Positions 29,207 through 40,622 of a stretch of 64,000 nt of DNA are shown here, piece after piece. Made by a program: the position numbers and the translations under genes. The stretch's first letter is position 1. Each line of letters opens with the position of its first letter. The DNA comes from a virus: IMG/VR virus record IMGVR_UViG_3300031251_000003, positions 64,001-128,000 of that record. One strand, 5' to 3'. The notes under the pieces are model-generated. The model did not search any database, was not told where the DNA came from, and saw only the letters and a program-made list of their open reading frames with translations.

Positions 29207-30462
29207 TGGCATCAGATAGACAAATACGACGGATGACCGAACAGAGAAGTGTAATCATCAATAACGTCGATACGACGAATAACAATATCAGCATGACCGA
29301 TCAGTATGGTAGTACTCTCTCGGCATCTATCCACTTCGGAGATCCAGTCATCTCTGTCCCTAAACAGGGCGAAGAGTGGGTAGTAGAAAGGAGAAATAAC
29401 GACTGGTTTCTTAAAGATAAAGCTACTGTTGGAGTATTACCGACTCTCAATCCGGGCGATGTTTTCTTTACTGGTGACAATCTCATTATGCCTGGTGGCA
29501 ACACTTATGGAAATACTGTTTTCATTACACAAGCTAATCATGGATTCACTAATGGAACTGTGCTGTATTACACCGGAAGTGCTTATGGGAAGGCAAAAGC
29601 AGATTCTATGCCTAACTCAGAAGTCGTAGGTATCGTGAGTTCCGTTCAAGATGCTAATAGTTTCATTCTCACTACAAGCGGATTGATGACTGGACTCTCT
29701 GGTCTTACTCCTGGCGCTGTCTACTTCTTAGATCCAGTTACAGCCGGGGCGTTAACCACCACGGAACCCACTACAGCGGGACAAGTCAGCAAGCCTCTTC
29801 TGGTTGCTGTTAGTGCTCTGAGCGGTTTCTTTATCAACTGGCGAGGTAATCTAGTAGTTTCATCGGTACCCTCAGGAGCAGTCTTCGCTCACGCTGCCAC
29901 TTCAGCACCTTCCGGCTATCTAATCTGTGATGGATCATCCCAACTTAGAGCCACATACCCTACTCTCTTTACTGCAATTGGTACTACGTATGGATCAGTC
30001 GATGGTACTCACTTTACTCTACCCGATATGCGAGGTAGAACTGTAGCTGGGTATGCCTCAGGTGGACACTCAGATGTCGCCACTATCGGTAACAACGATG
30101 GATCCTCCTTAGCCAATAGGCGACCAAAACACCCTCATACATCTTCTCATACCCTAACACTACCTAATCACGGTCACTCCGATACAATTTCGGTTAGCGT
30201 TGTACCTGATAATTCTGGTTCAGGTTATGAGTTCGTTACACACATCCCTGGTGCTAATAACTATGGGACATTCGGGATGTCAGCTAATTTCAATACAGGT
30301 GGTAATGAAGGTCACGTAGCAAATGCCGTGGCTACTAAAAGTGGATCAGTTGATAACCCTACCTCTAACCCGGCGATTAACGGTTCGGTAACAGTTGGAT
30401 CCTCAGGAGCAGCAAATGATGCACCTTCGTATATCGTCCTCAATTACATCATCAAAATATAA
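29206..30462 (+). CDS. baseplate spike/tail fibre with tail-collar domain
   Basis: VPKQGEEWVV N-term; APSGYLICDGS..YPTLFTAIGTTYG..FTLPDMRGR; PSYIVLNYIIK. Confidence 0.78.
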   Translation: MASDRQIRRMTEQRSVIINNVDTTNNNISMTDQYGSTLSASIHFGDPVISVPKQGEEWVVERRNNDWFLKDKATVGVLPTLNPGDVFFTGDNLIMPGGNTYGNTVFITQANHGFTNGTVLYYTGSAYGKAKADSMPNSEVVGIVSSVQDANSFILTTSGLMTGLSGLTPGAVYFLDPVTAGALTTTEPTTAGQVSKPLLVAVSALSGFFINWRGNLVVSSVPSGAVFAHAATSAPSGYLICDGSSQLRATYPTLFTAIGTTYGSVDGTHFTLPDMRGRTVAGYASGGHSDVATIGNNDGSSLANRRPKHPHTSSHTLTLPNHGHSDTISVSVVPDNSGSGYEFVTHIPGANNYGTFGMSANFNTGGNEGHVANAVATKSGSVDNPTSNPAINGSVTVGSSGAANDAPSYIVLNYIIKI

Positions 30463-30926
30463 TGTCCAATAATTTCAAAATAGCCAATGGAGATCTAGTC
30501 GTACAGAGTCGTTCGTATGATCGAGTCTCCGGTTTACAAAAACTACAACAGGATCTGATCCTCTGGATTCTAGAACATATCGGCACGGATCCATCCACTC
30601 CTACCTATGGAAGTTCATTGGACGGCGGTGTAATAGATGGAAGCCCTGTTCCTTCTTTCATAGGAGAACAGCCTACTCAAGCTCGTATCCAACAAATCGT
30701 GTCCGAAGTTAGGAGAGTTCTTGAGCTTTACCAGCAAACCCAAATCAATAAGATGCAGTTAGAAATGTCTATCTTTAGAGGAAAGCACACCTTGAGCGCC
30801 GATGAGGTTTTGGCTTCTGTTGATTCCATCAACGCAGTCGTTGAAGGAGATCAGGTGATCGTTCAGGTAGGAATTTCCACAGCTTCTAACCAGTCTCTAC
30901 TTCTCACTATCCCGGCACAGGCTTAA
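30462..30926 (+). CDS. baseplate wedge protein (gp25/gpW-like)
   Basis: KLQQDL..PTYGSSL. Confidence 0.72.
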   Translation: MSNNFKIANGDLVVQSRSYDRVSGLQKLQQDLILWILEHIGTDPSTPTYGSSLDGGVIDGSPVPSFIGEQPTQARIQQIVSEVRRVLELYQQTQINKMQLEMSIFRGKHTLSADEVLASVDSINAVVEGDQVIVQVGISTASNQSLLLTIPAQA

Positions 30927-32696
30927 ATGGCACAGACATCAGCAGATATCTCGAATGCAATTAGAACGAATCTTCGCGTTCTTGATCCTGACATCTCGAC
31001 CGAACCTCTAACACCTGAACGTAAGATCATCGACACTGTTGCCGATGTCATCGCAGAGGCCGGTGTCGATACCTTTGTTTCTAATTATCAGTTTGATATC
31101 GATACCAAGGTTGGTACTGATCTTGACAAGTTCATAGCTCTCTGGGGATTTGCTCGCCAAGGTGGTAGAGCAGCTTCAGGGGTTGTCACACTTTCTCGTT
31201 TCGATAGCGCAACGGTAGATCTACAGATTCCAGCGGGTACTCAGATTGTCAAGCCTGCTACTAGTGTTTCTCCGGCTATCACGTTCCAGACTACCACGAG
31301 TACGACAATCTATGTCGGCACGACATCTGCTAATGCTCCGATCCAATGTACGACGATAGGTAATCTCGGTAACGTTGCAGCTAATACCCTCACGGTTCTG
31401 TCCAGCTTAGCGGGTAGTGGTGTTTCGGCCGTTACGAATCCTAACCCTACCTCTGGTGGTACCGATCAAGAAAGTGATGCAGAGCTTCGTGTCCGCTTCA
31501 AGAACACTGTCTTTAGGAACATCGCTGGTACTCAAGATCAGTTCCTCGCTCTAGCTATCGCCTCTAGGTTCGCTAACAAAGCAAACGTCATTGGGCCTAC
31601 TAGCCGTTTCATCGAATATTTGCAGATTGCGGCTGGTGCAGCTACGTCAATTATCCCTTATTCAAAGAACACTTATAGCTTTGATTACTGGTTAACTGAT
31701 GGGAATTATACATCGGAGACTTTCTATACTCCTGCTGGTGCTGATTACACGTTCAATGCTACAACACCACCATCTATCACAGTAAACAACTCTACTCATC
31801 TTCCTAACGGGAAGATCGTTCTCTTGGAACACACCTATACGTCTAAGAATTCACGTAATGTCCCTGCCAGTGGGATCATGAACTATGTAGATGTCTACGT
31901 CTCCGGTAGGGATGAAACAACGGCAACCGAGGCGTGTGTATTCCCGTCATCGGCCAACAATTTCGTCAGTACTCCTACCACATCTACGTTCTACAATCAG
32001 AGCTTCTTACGAGTCGCTACATCAGTGGCTCCTACTGTGGGGAATAGACTTCAGTTCCTTATGTGGCAACCTGTAGATATTCTACCATCTCAGATTATCA
32101 TCGGCGCAAGCACATACAACTTGAACACTCACTACTGGTTCGTACGCGACGTAACGCTTTCTAAGGGATCAAGACGTGCCCTTAATGGTATTGAGTGGTC
32201 TACTACCGTCACGGGCGCTGTGACGGCTGGTACGGCCTTCCAGGTGGTATATACGTTCAATAGACTTCCACTTACGTTGAATGAGCTTATGGAAGCTCAC
32301 AAGCAGATCGCCACAGACGTACTTGTTCATGCGGCTTTGGAACGATACTATCGAATCGCTTTAACTGTTATGTACTCTCCTGGATTCTCTCAGGCAGCGG
32401 TTGATACGGCGATCACATCATCCTTGACAGATTTCCTTGAACGTCAGCAATTCGGTGCAGTCATCCAGGTATCAGATATCCTCGAAGTAGCCCATGAGGT
32501 TCCGGGTGTAGATAACGTAAGACTGACTACCAACGTCGAAAATGGAACTGTCTATGGTATCCAGGAAATGGCCATCGACGGTTCAACTGTTCTGAGCACT
32601 ACTTCCGGGGACTTTACATTACCTGATTCTGATCTTCCAGTCCTCAACAACATCGTAACACTCGCTAAGAGTCAGAACACATGGAGCACCTTCTAA
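30927..32696 (+). CDS. baseplate J-like protein
   Basis: G.DLD...GFAR, IPAGT, GGTDQESDAELRVR, VPGVDNV. Confidence 0.88.
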   Translation: MAQTSADISNAIRTNLRVLDPDISTEPLTPERKIIDTVADVIAEAGVDTFVSNYQFDIDTKVGTDLDKFIALWGFARQGGRAASGVVTLSRFDSATVDLQIPAGTQIVKPATSVSPAITFQTTTSTTIYVGTTSANAPIQCTTIGNLGNVAANTLTVLSSLAGSGVSAVTNPNPTSGGTDQESDAELRVRFKNTVFRNIAGTQDQFLALAIASRFANKANVIGPTSRFIEYLQIAAGAATSIIPYSKNTYSFDYWLTDGNYTSETFYTPAGADYTFNATTPPSITVNNSTHLPNGKIVLLEHTYTSKNSRNVPASGIMNYVDVYVSGRDETTATEACVFPSSANNFVSTPTTSTFYNQSFLRVATSVAPTVGNRLQFLMWQPVDILPSQIIIGASTYNLNTHYWFVRDVTLSKGSRRALNGIEWSTTVTGAVTAGTAFQVVYTFNRLPLTLNELMEAHKQIATDVLVHAALERYYRIALTVMYSPGFSQAAVDTAITSSLTDFLERQQFGAVIQVSDILEVAHEVPGVDNVRLTTNVENGTVYGIQEMAIDGSTVLSTTSGDFTLPDSDLPVLNNIVTLAKSQNTWSTF

Positions 32697-32699
32697 TTC

Positions 32700-35432
32700 A
32701 TGACATCTGTAGCAGATTTAAGAGTAGTTAGTGATTCACTAACTGCCACGTCCTACCCTATACTTGAACCCCTCAATGCTCCCGAGATCTTTGGGAACAA
32801 ACTTGCGCGGTTCGGTGACATCTATAATCTGGGTGGTCAATCTCATCTCTATCGTTACTTAGTCGCCCTTTGTGGAGATGCAGGAGCGGGTCAACTCAAG
32901 AAAGAAATGCTACTCCCGAGATTAGAGCAGGCATTATCCGGGACGAACTTCGGAAATCTTGACAAGCTCTATGGGAATCCTCTAGCTCTACCTCGTATAT
33001 CCGCTGAGCTTTATACCTATGATCCAGAAACTGATATTCTAACTGGTGCTCAGTGGGATGAAGTCTTCATGAAGGATGCCTCATATCGAGCAAGATGCCT
33101 CATTTGGATGAGAGCGCTCATTTATGGCCCTACTCCTGACGGTATAGCTCTGGCAGCCCTGGCCGCTACAGGGATCGAGGCAGACGTATGGGAAAGATAC
33201 CAGTATGTTCAAACCTCTCTAGGTACAGACTTCGGAAAGACTTCGAGCACCAATGAATTTGTGGTTATCCCAAGAACTACCTCATTGACATTAGACCAAT
33301 CACGAGGTCTTAGTCGATTGCTGGATATCATCAAGCCAACAAATACAATTGGTACCGTTTACAACGGAGTATCACCCCGAACACAGAAAACAGTTCGCCT
33401 AACAGACTCTTCTTCGACGTTCTTCAATATCCAGAGATTAGTTACCGGACGTTCTGATATAACCTGGCCGGTACTGGATTCATCAACTGGTTCTTGGATT
33501 AGTACAGCCGAAACAGAAGCTCCTACTCTTGCATTCATGAATCGTCAAGAGTCAGTAACCTACTTGAGTGTGCTTGGAACTACCTCGTCATCGATCCACG
33601 TAGGTCAGTTCAGTCCCGCCCAGCAAAGTCTATTCTCCCATCTCAATCATGACGTGGATGATTTCTTTGCCTTCCTGCCCGATTATTCCTTTGATACTAG
33701 CATTGCTCCGGTCAATATCACAATCGGGTGGAATGGTGGAGGGACAACCGGGGAGAACATCGTTGTCAATAACAACTATCCGGTTTCTTACTTCACTAAT
33801 GAGCAGACACCATTAGTCAACACTCTCGGAAAGTTCTTTTGGGCATCGGTAGAAGCCACAACCGGTAGCGAATGGATTACCTACGATCTCGGTAGACTTC
33901 GCCCACTCAATTACATTCACTTTGAAATCTGTCAGAAGCCAATCGACTGGACTATCCAATACTACGATGGTTCAAACTGGATCAATATACCGACTAGAAG
34001 TGACTACCCTGTTACTATGTCGTCCTCCTATCTTCCATCCTTGTCTAACCCTTGGATGGAATTCGATGTTTACTTCAATACCATTCAAGCTTCACAGGTT
34101 CGGATCAATTTCACTAGACGGAGTGATCCATTCCCGGTTAGTTCATCCGATCCTATTCCTTTCAGTATCGACCTTCGTGGTGTTAATCTCATGCATACTA
34201 TGCCTACAGCTAGTGATTTCGTAGCTGATACGGGGGTGGATATCTTGGGTAACAACTTCAGAACCGCAATAGTTTCCTATAGCCCAAGTTACACCAATGA
34301 CGGCTTAGACACTCAATGGAAGTCTAAGCCTAATCCTTCTCGATGGGCTATTGAGTCTCTGTACTTTGATCTTAGATTAGGATCTACTGCCGGACTCATG
34401 AGTGTCTTGGACACCAAGTACATGGATGAACTTGACGATCTCGATATGGCAAACATTGAAACATTCCGTGCTGGTGGCCAGTTAGTCGATGAGATATTCA
34501 TCGATCCGATTACCTATGGTCAGGATATGCACTTCTATTACAGTGATGATGACAGTACCGGCGTGTGGGATAACAAGCTATGGGTTCCCATTCCTCGTGA
34601 CTATATTCTAAAGAGGGGCTTCCATTCATTACCTCGACCGACGATGATCAAGTACTTCAAGATCGAATTCTCTAATCTATGTCCATTCCCGTACGAACCT
34701 GTACAGACACCAACAATGCCACCTGTGACATTCAACAGATTCCCACTTTGGGTGAACAACTACTTCTTGAATGTCAATCCTATTACGACCAAGGATGTCA
34801 TAATCCAAACGGATACTCTTAGCTTGGATCCACTTCAGTTTGGTTTCGTACTTGAAAACGATAACCTTGTCTCATCTTATGAGCAAGAGCGAACCTTGCA
34901 GTTGGCTGACACAACTCCCGAAGTTACTAGCTTCATCCAGGGTCTTGTCATCGGGCAAACTCCAACCACTGAGCAGACTTCCCTGGAATCTACCATCGAA
35001 TATCATTCTCCTGTAATGTGGCAGTCTGATCTAATCTCTAACTTAGATCCGACTCGTGCTCTTTCTAGAGTAGCACTTCAACCCCACGATAGCAATGTCA
35101 ACAGTACGGGATGGAATGCAGAGTTAGCTTTGCCTCAAACGTCTGCGAATATCCCTGTTCAGGCTTCTACGACTGATCTCTCTAAACCACTAGCCGAGAA
35201 GACTTTCCCAACTATGTTCTTCCCGATTAGATGTCGTCACTACTATCAAGTCTGTCAGGCTCCTTTGACGAACAAGATTGCCTATATGGTAGGTATCAAG
35301 GAAGTTGGCTTTTACCGCCGTGACTATACATCTCCGATTGATGAATCGATCTATGTCGAAACCTTAGACGATACGGCTCACATTTCGTCTAATGACTTTG
35401 TACAGAACGATTGGAGATATGAGGTAAGCTAA
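32700..35432 (+). CDS. baseplate wedge/tail protein with discoidin-like domain
   Basis: Follows gpJ; EWITYDLG..YYDGSNW. Confidence 0.6.
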   Translation: MTSVADLRVVSDSLTATSYPILEPLNAPEIFGNKLARFGDIYNLGGQSHLYRYLVALCGDAGAGQLKKEMLLPRLEQALSGTNFGNLDKLYGNPLALPRISAELYTYDPETDILTGAQWDEVFMKDASYRARCLIWMRALIYGPTPDGIALAALAATGIEADVWERYQYVQTSLGTDFGKTSSTNEFVVIPRTTSLTLDQSRGLSRLLDIIKPTNTIGTVYNGVSPRTQKTVRLTDSSSTFFNIQRLVTGRSDITWPVLDSSTGSWISTAETEAPTLAFMNRQESVTYLSVLGTTSSSIHVGQFSPAQQSLFSHLNHDVDDFFAFLPDYSFDTSIAPVNITIGWNGGGTTGENIVVNNNYPVSYFTNEQTPLVNTLGKFFWASVEATTGSEWITYDLGRLRPLNYIHFEICQKPIDWTIQYYDGSNWINIPTRSDYPVTMSSSYLPSLSNPWMEFDVYFNTIQASQVRINFTRRSDPFPVSSSDPIPFSIDLRGVNLMHTMPTASDFVADTGVDILGNNFRTAIVSYSPSYTNDGLDTQWKSKPNPSRWAIESLYFDLRLGSTAGLMSVLDTKYMDELDDLDMANIETFRAGGQLVDEIFIDPITYGQDMHFYYSDDDSTGVWDNKLWVPIPRDYILKRGFHSLPRPTMIKYFKIEFSNLCPFPYEPVQTPTMPPVTFNRFPLWVNNYFLNVNPITTKDVIIQTDTLSLDPLQFGFVLENDNLVSSYEQERTLQLADTTPEVTSFIQGLVIGQTPTTEQTSLESTIEYHSPVMWQSDLISNLDPTRALSRVALQPHDSNVNSTGWNAELALPQTSANIPVQASTTDLSKPLAEKTFPTMFFPIRCRHYYQVCQAPLTNKIAYMVGIKEVGFYRRDYTSPIDESIYVETLDDTAHISSNDFVQNDWRYEVS

Positions 35433-37402
35433 TGTCAGGAATCTTTGCTAGTAAGCTGAACGAAAATTTTGATGCGCATGATGGGTCTATGACGAACTAC
35501 CTACAAAGCGATCACTCGACGGCGCTCACCCCACGATACCACTATGACCTTCGAGCCTTTCATGCTCTGAACCCAACCGTCCCATTCACCCAGAACGATT
35601 ATGATTTCTGGCATCTGTACGCATACAATTCCATGAATACCTATTCGGTTGCAGATAACAGACCACTTGGTACAGCATTCGGTACAGAAACATGGTCTAA
35701 TGGAACTGTAGCCAAGAACTCTTCTTATCGGTACTCTAATACTATGACTCTCTCTGTCAGTGCAGCAGGAAGTACAACCTACGGTGTGGGTCACTATGGA
35801 ACAGACACATATGGTGTATCGAACCCGATCACATACTCGACTTTCGGAGACGACATTCTAACGGACTTCAATGTGGCAGGACATTCATACTTCCTACAGG
35901 TCGTCTTACGAAGTCTACCATCTCAGGCATCATCTCCTAAACTGGATCTCACAAACAGCTTTATCGATATTTCCAGTTCGGCTACATTCGATCCGACCGT
36001 GACAGATACTCTCGCATTCAGTGCATCACTGAACAGCGTTTCTGGTGGTGGAGATTGTTACCTTAGTTACAATCGTAACTCACTCACCCATGCTGATCTT
36101 ACAAATATCCAAGGGGTAAGGTTCAGATTGCTAAGCGTTGGAGGAACTGTAACGTTTATCATGCAGGCCATGAGATTAGTACGCGACGATTATTCGTTCC
36201 AGGTTATTGACGTGGATACCAAGAGAGGCCAACTAGCTAGAAGTGTGCCACAGGCAGGAGGATCCGAATCTGGTTCCGTCTATGGCGACATCTATTTCAA
36301 GGGCAGCAAGCCTAAGGATTCCACTTACGTTGTCTCCTTCAATGCTGGGCACAATCCAACTGGAAATGATAATGTTTATCGACAATACTTCCGTACCCAG
36401 GCAAACGGTGATCGTATCGAAGTCAATATAGCGGCGAGGGATACACAGTCTAGGCTCACAATTAAGCAGACTGTAAGCGGGGTCACGACGACGATCTATC
36501 AGTCATCTATCAACACGAACATCCTTACCAACGAATCCTATTACTACCTCGTAATCAAGGTAATCGGAACAGTAGTGAACGCAACAGTGTATGCCAACAA
36601 CGGGATTCTATTGGGTTCGTCGGTCTATACGTCTGGGGATCAGACCACGACTCTTACCTCTCGTGGCCTAGTTGGTTATAGCTTTGAGCCTTACAACTAC
36701 GATTTTACGATTCAATACATTGCTCCACAGACAACAGCCTTCGCTACTTTCCAGACAACATCCTTCGCGTCTCATAGCCTGGTAATCGGTGCAACTCTGT
36801 ATCCACAGAATAGTACACCGTTGAATCTCATCAGCGATCTAACCCCTAAAGCATGGGCCGATGCTACTGTATCCACAGACGCTAATGGGGATCTTGTCGT
36901 TACTCGTGCAAATACTTTACCTCAGGGTGGAGTTAAATGGACGCCATTGACATTCACCGGAGACAGCAATCAGCTAATCATTCATGGATACCTCTGGACA
37001 TCTCTTGTTCAGGGATCATATCGAGCGGCCTTACTCGATCAGTTCGATAGCGTGCAGTGGCTACTTACGATCCCCAATGTACTCGCCAACCAGTGGAACG
37101 AGTTTACTCTCTTGGTCACACCTAATCTCTTACCGGAATCCTCTTATCTTCATATTCAACAACTAGGAACCTATGGTGGCTCTTTCAAGCTGCGTGATGT
37201 ATCCTTGGGTTACAAGACTATTGAATGGGATATCTCAGGAGATAACGGAACCACATGGCAATCGTTTGTAAATGCAGTTGGAGCGCCCTATACTGGTGCA
37301 ATGTTTGCGACTCCTTCAACAGCCTTTAAACTACGAGCTATAGCCAATACTGACCAAGGATGGATCGGTGGCTACCAGCTTGTACCGAATTACAAATTCT
37401 AA
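35432..37402 (+). CDS. minor tail/receptor-binding protein (putative)
   Basis: Beta-rich composition; last gene of tail module. Confidence 0.55.
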   Translation: MSGIFASKLNENFDAHDGSMTNYLQSDHSTALTPRYHYDLRAFHALNPTVPFTQNDYDFWHLYAYNSMNTYSVADNRPLGTAFGTETWSNGTVAKNSSYRYSNTMTLSVSAAGSTTYGVGHYGTDTYGVSNPITYSTFGDDILTDFNVAGHSYFLQVVLRSLPSQASSPKLDLTNSFIDISSSATFDPTVTDTLAFSASLNSVSGGGDCYLSYNRNSLTHADLTNIQGVRFRLLSVGGTVTFIMQAMRLVRDDYSFQVIDVDTKRGQLARSVPQAGGSESGSVYGDIYFKGSKPKDSTYVVSFNAGHNPTGNDNVYRQYFRTQANGDRIEVNIAARDTQSRLTIKQTVSGVTTTIYQSSINTNILTNESYYYLVIKVIGTVVNATVYANNGILLGSSVYTSGDQTTTLTSRGLVGYSFEPYNYDFTIQYIAPQTTAFATFQTTSFASHSLVIGATLYPQNSTPLNLISDLTPKAWADATVSTDANGDLVVTRANTLPQGGVKWTPLTFTGDSNQLIIHGYLWTSLVQGSYRAALLDQFDSVQWLLTIPNVLANQWNEFTLLVTPNLLPESSYLHIQQLGTYGGSFKLRDVSLGYKTIEWDISGDNGTTWQSFVNAVGAPYTGAMFATPSTAFKLRAIANTDQGWIGGYQLVPNYKF

Positions 37403-37431
37403 TTGACACACAATTAATTTTGTGATATAAT
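37403..37431 (+). promoter_or_regulatory. sigma70-type promoter
   Basis: TTGACA-17-TATAAT. Confidence 0.8.
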
Positions 37432-37440
37432 TAAAGGTAA

Positions 37441-39258
37441 ATGTCACAAGTCATTCGTTGGGATGATTCGCTTAAATCGGACTTCAAGAAATGGGTAGAC
37501 GATAAAAGTTCGGTTCTTATCATTGAGAATCATCCCACCTATCTATCATATCTGGTTGTCAATTCCTTTAACCCAGACTTCGAGGAAATCTTCGAGTCGG
37601 TTATTGGCCCATACAAGGCAATCCATAAGCTAGATATTTACAAACTCTTAGAAGCGGCCGAGAAGGAACAGTTCTCTGTCGTCTTCATCAATGATCCCCA
37701 AGAAGTATTCGACTTCGTAGATTCGTTGAATGATCCTCTGCCGGTTAAGCTCAACGTCAATCTCTTTCCCTTCCAGTTAAGAGGGTTCAACTACCTGAAG
37801 GATCTCGATGCATCCATTTGTAATTGGAGTACAGGCACGGGTAAGTCGGTCTGGGCAGTAACATGGTCTAAGTACCTGCTCGAAACCAACCAGATCGATA
37901 AGATTATCGTCTTAAGCAAGAGTCATAACAAGTACAACTGGCAACGTCAGTACAAGGGGATTGGCGATTTGGATTCCATTACTGATGAAGATGTCAAAGG
38001 CAGTAACAAAACGGATGTCAAGAGAGAACGACGTGAAACTCTCTACGCCGACAATCAGATCATCATCCTCAACTACGAGAAGCTACGCTTTAGACCGGAG
38101 AACGAGAAGGAGAGGTTCCTAGCAGGGCGCAAACTTCCTTCAAGCTCAGGAGACGGCGCAGAGCTTCTCAAGGCTCTCAAGGGCAAGCGAGTGGCCTGGA
38201 TCCTCGATGAAGCTCCGTCTAAGCTTAAGTCTATGAACACCGGCTGGTACAAGGGGCTTTCTAAGCTTCAAAGTAAAACAAAATCTAATAAGATTACAGC
38301 ACTCACGGCTACCAAGATAGAGAAGAACCCGGAAGATCTCTACGCCTGGATTAAAGTATTAGATAAACAGATCTGGCCCACCAAGGTTAACTTCAGATAT
38401 GCCTACGCTAGATCGATGATCGGTTATCAGGTTCTCTCGTGGGATGCTTCAAAATTACCCGAGATTGGAATGAAGATCGCCCACTTCACTTCAAAGGCCG
38501 ACAAATATCTCGACCCCGATATCCGTGACCAGTTCCCTGAATCACACCATGAAGATGTCTACATTCAACTTTATCCTACCGAACGTCGGATCTATGATGC
38601 ACTAAAGAAGGAGATCAAAGACCAGGATCTTCTCACCATTTCTTCTCTGGCTCCGTTACAGATCGCCGTCAACAATGTAAGCTACTTGAAGAACTCAACT
38701 AGTCCACTGGCGCAGAAGATAGCCGATCAGTTCAGGCCATCCGATTCTCATGTGGCGAAGATCGACAAATTACACGATATGTTAGATGAGATCCCCGGTA
38801 AGGTTGTGATTTTCTCAGCCTATACAGAGTTTGGTTCTCTGATGCTGGCCGACTACCTGACAAAATGGGGATACTGGTTTGCTCTCTATGATGGAGATGC
38901 CAAGAAGAAGCAGATGGCTCAGGATGCTTTCAACAACAATCCAAAGATCAAGATCTTCCTCTCGTCAGACCAAGGTTCAGATAGCATCAACCTAGAACAA
39001 GCCGCTAGTGTTATCCATTATGATCTACCATGGAACTCTAGTACATTCATTCAACGAATGAATCGCATCCATAGGATCACGAGCAAACACCTACACGTCT
39101 ACTCTTACTCCCTTATCGCGGATAAAACTCTTGAAGAAGGTAAGCTAGATACGCTCGAAAGGAAGAGAGTAATGGAGCTAGCCGTTGACGAACACTTGAC
39201 AAATCAGGAAGATTTGATGCGTTCATTCTCTAGCGACCAGTTACGGGAAATGATTTAG
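37441..39258 (+). CDS. SNF2-family helicase
   Basis: LFPFQ, TGTGKS, ILDEA, TAT, SINL..A..VIHYDLPWN, QRMNRIHRI. Confidence 0.88.
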   Translation: MSQVIRWDDSLKSDFKKWVDDKSSVLIIENHPTYLSYLVVNSFNPDFEEIFESVIGPYKAIHKLDIYKLLEAAEKEQFSVVFINDPQEVFDFVDSLNDPLPVKLNVNLFPFQLRGFNYLKDLDASICNWSTGTGKSVWAVTWSKYLLETNQIDKIIVLSKSHNKYNWQRQYKGIGDLDSITDEDVKGSNKTDVKRERRETLYADNQIIILNYEKLRFRPENEKERFLAGRKLPSSSGDGAELLKALKGKRVAWILDEAPSKLKSMNTGWYKGLSKLQSKTKSNKITALTATKIEKNPEDLYAWIKVLDKQIWPTKVNFRYAYARSMIGYQVLSWDASKLPEIGMKIAHFTSKADKYLDPDIRDQFPESHHEDVYIQLYPTERRIYDALKKEIKDQDLLTISSLAPLQIAVNNVSYLKNSTSPLAQKIADQFRPSDSHVAKIDKLHDMLDEIPGKVVIFSAYTEFGSLMLADYLTKWGYWFALYDGDAKKKQMAQDAFNNNPKIKIFLSSDQGSDSINLEQAASVIHYDLPWNSSTFIQRMNRIHRITSKHLHVYSYSLIADKTLEEGKLDTLERKRVMELAVDEHLTNQEDLMRSFSSDQLREMI

Positions 39259-39522
39259 GGGACTATTGTTTCGTCGGATTTGGCTCAACGGTGAAGTGGC
39301 CGGTGACTTAAATTGAAACGCTACTTCATCAGGCCAAAGAGATTCAATCATCTCAGCGAATCGATCCCTACTGATTAGACCTTCGGCCTTTAGTGGACGC
39401 TGACCGCCTCGTGGCCCTTCTTCTCCAAACACTTGGATAAGAACATCTCCTTCTCCGGTATCATGAAGCTTCAATTTCAATCTGCCGGTAGAAGAGACTA
39501 CTGTTCTAATCACTGGTATCAT
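39241..39522 (-). CDS. hypothetical protein, paralog of 3319..3567
   Basis: LWPDEVAFQ. Confidence 0.65.
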   Translation of the reverse strand: MIPVIRTVVSSTGRLKLKLHDTGEGDVLIQVFGEEGPRGGQRPLKAEGLISRDRFAEMIESLWPDEVAFQFKSPATSPLSQIRRNNSPLNHFP

Positions 39523-39803
39523 TTAGAGTTAGGTGTAGAGAAGTCTTTAAAGAGGGTGTTCTTAATAGTAATCTCTTCCTCAGTCAACTTATAATCACTC
39601 GCCATTTTCTTTACGCAAACAGCACAAAGCTCCCTATAAATAGTGTACTGCTTCTTAAGAGGACTAGCTAGGTTTTCCCAACTCAATTCATAGGTGCTTC
39701 CGGCCCTAACCGGATAATTAAAGGGAACACGATACATATCGCTCGCGGGAACGTATGACTCACACTTGTCACAGATGTAGATTGTCTGATTAGCCATCAA
39801 CAC
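39519..39803 (-). CDS. CxxC..CxxC hypothetical protein
   Basis: CDKC, ELCAVC. Confidence 0.6.
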   Translation of the reverse strand: MLMANQTIYICDKCESYVPASDMYRVPFNYPVRAGSTYELSWENLASPLKKQYTIYRELCAVCVKKMASDYKLTEEEITIKNTLFKDFSTPNSK

Positions 39804-40179
39804 TCCCGATGTTTCTCACATGACTCCAATCAGACCCAAGTGAATCTCGTAGGGCCTCCCATCGATCTTCTTTGTGAGGCTTATCGAGCCAGTCCATCAG
39901 TAGTACTACCTGTGCAACCGCAGCATCACGCTCAGCCTTCAGAGCCGCGGCGTCCTCGTAAGCCTCGCGGTACAGATCAGCCCAGAACGACGGCTGCCAC
40001 TCGGCGGCGCGCTTCCAGCGGTCGCGTTCCCGTTCGGCTGTCTCTACCAGAGCGCGCAAAGCCGCCAACGACTCCTGAGCCAACGGAACACGAGCATCGC
40101 TCGCCATGCAAGCCTCGCACACGTCATCGAGCACTTCGCGGATTCTAGCTATATGTTCTGCTACTGTCAGTTCCATCAT
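39790..40179 (-). CDS. coiled-coil hypothetical protein (GC-rich core)
   Basis: AERERD/AERD repeats. Confidence 0.6.
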   Translation of the reverse strand: MMELTVAEHIARIREVLDDVCEACMASDARVPLAQESLAALRALVETAERERDRWKRAAEWQPSFWADLYREAYEDAAALKAERDAAVAQVVLLMDWLDKPHKEDRWEALRDSLGSDWSHVRNIGSVDG

Positions 40180-40622
40180 CCATCGAGCCTTTCCATCTTC
40201 TCATACATCCGGTGGATAACTGTATCGGGGATCTGTCGATCAACAGGACGATCACTCTGCCGGTCAATTGCAACCTGAAGAGGAACCTGGACAGAGACGA
40301 CCTGAACGTCATAGTCGAAAATCTTGGCCATCACCATGTACGGCTCTGCATCCTTGCGAGTGATGTTCGTGTTGTCAATAATAATGTCACCAGAGTCAGG
40401 CGCTGCCATTTCCTTGACGGTGCGCTGCTGATTCCACTGGTGAGCTACACCAAGCTTTCCGGGATCGAAATCGTACTCCGTAGTATTACCATTCTTCTGA
40501 TACCAGAAGTCATCAGTAGAGAAGATGGTTCCGCCTACCTTGTCGGCAATGACCTTGGCCAACGTAGACTTACCGCTGCCCGGAATGCCTTGCATAATCC
40601 AAAGAGTCTTGTTTTTAGCCAT
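40176..40622 (-). CDS. AAA_33/N4BP2-like polynucleotide kinase
   Basis: GIPGSGKST, STDDF, AHQWNQ, IIDNTN; ATG 6 nt from TTTACA-17-TATACT. Confidence 0.85.
   Translation of the reverse strand: MAKNKTLWIMQGIPGSGKSTLAKVIADKVGGTIFSTDDFWYQKNGNTTEYDFDPGKLGVAHQWNQQRTVKEMAAPDSGDIIIDNTNITRKDAEPYMVMAKIFDYDVQVVSVQVPLQVAIDRQSDRPVDRQIPDTVIHRMYEKMERLDG

Noticed and set aside
38200-38225. Helicase inactivation (DEAP instead of DEAH)
   Set aside because: The catalytic DE and the other motifs are intact; not enough to call it inactive.
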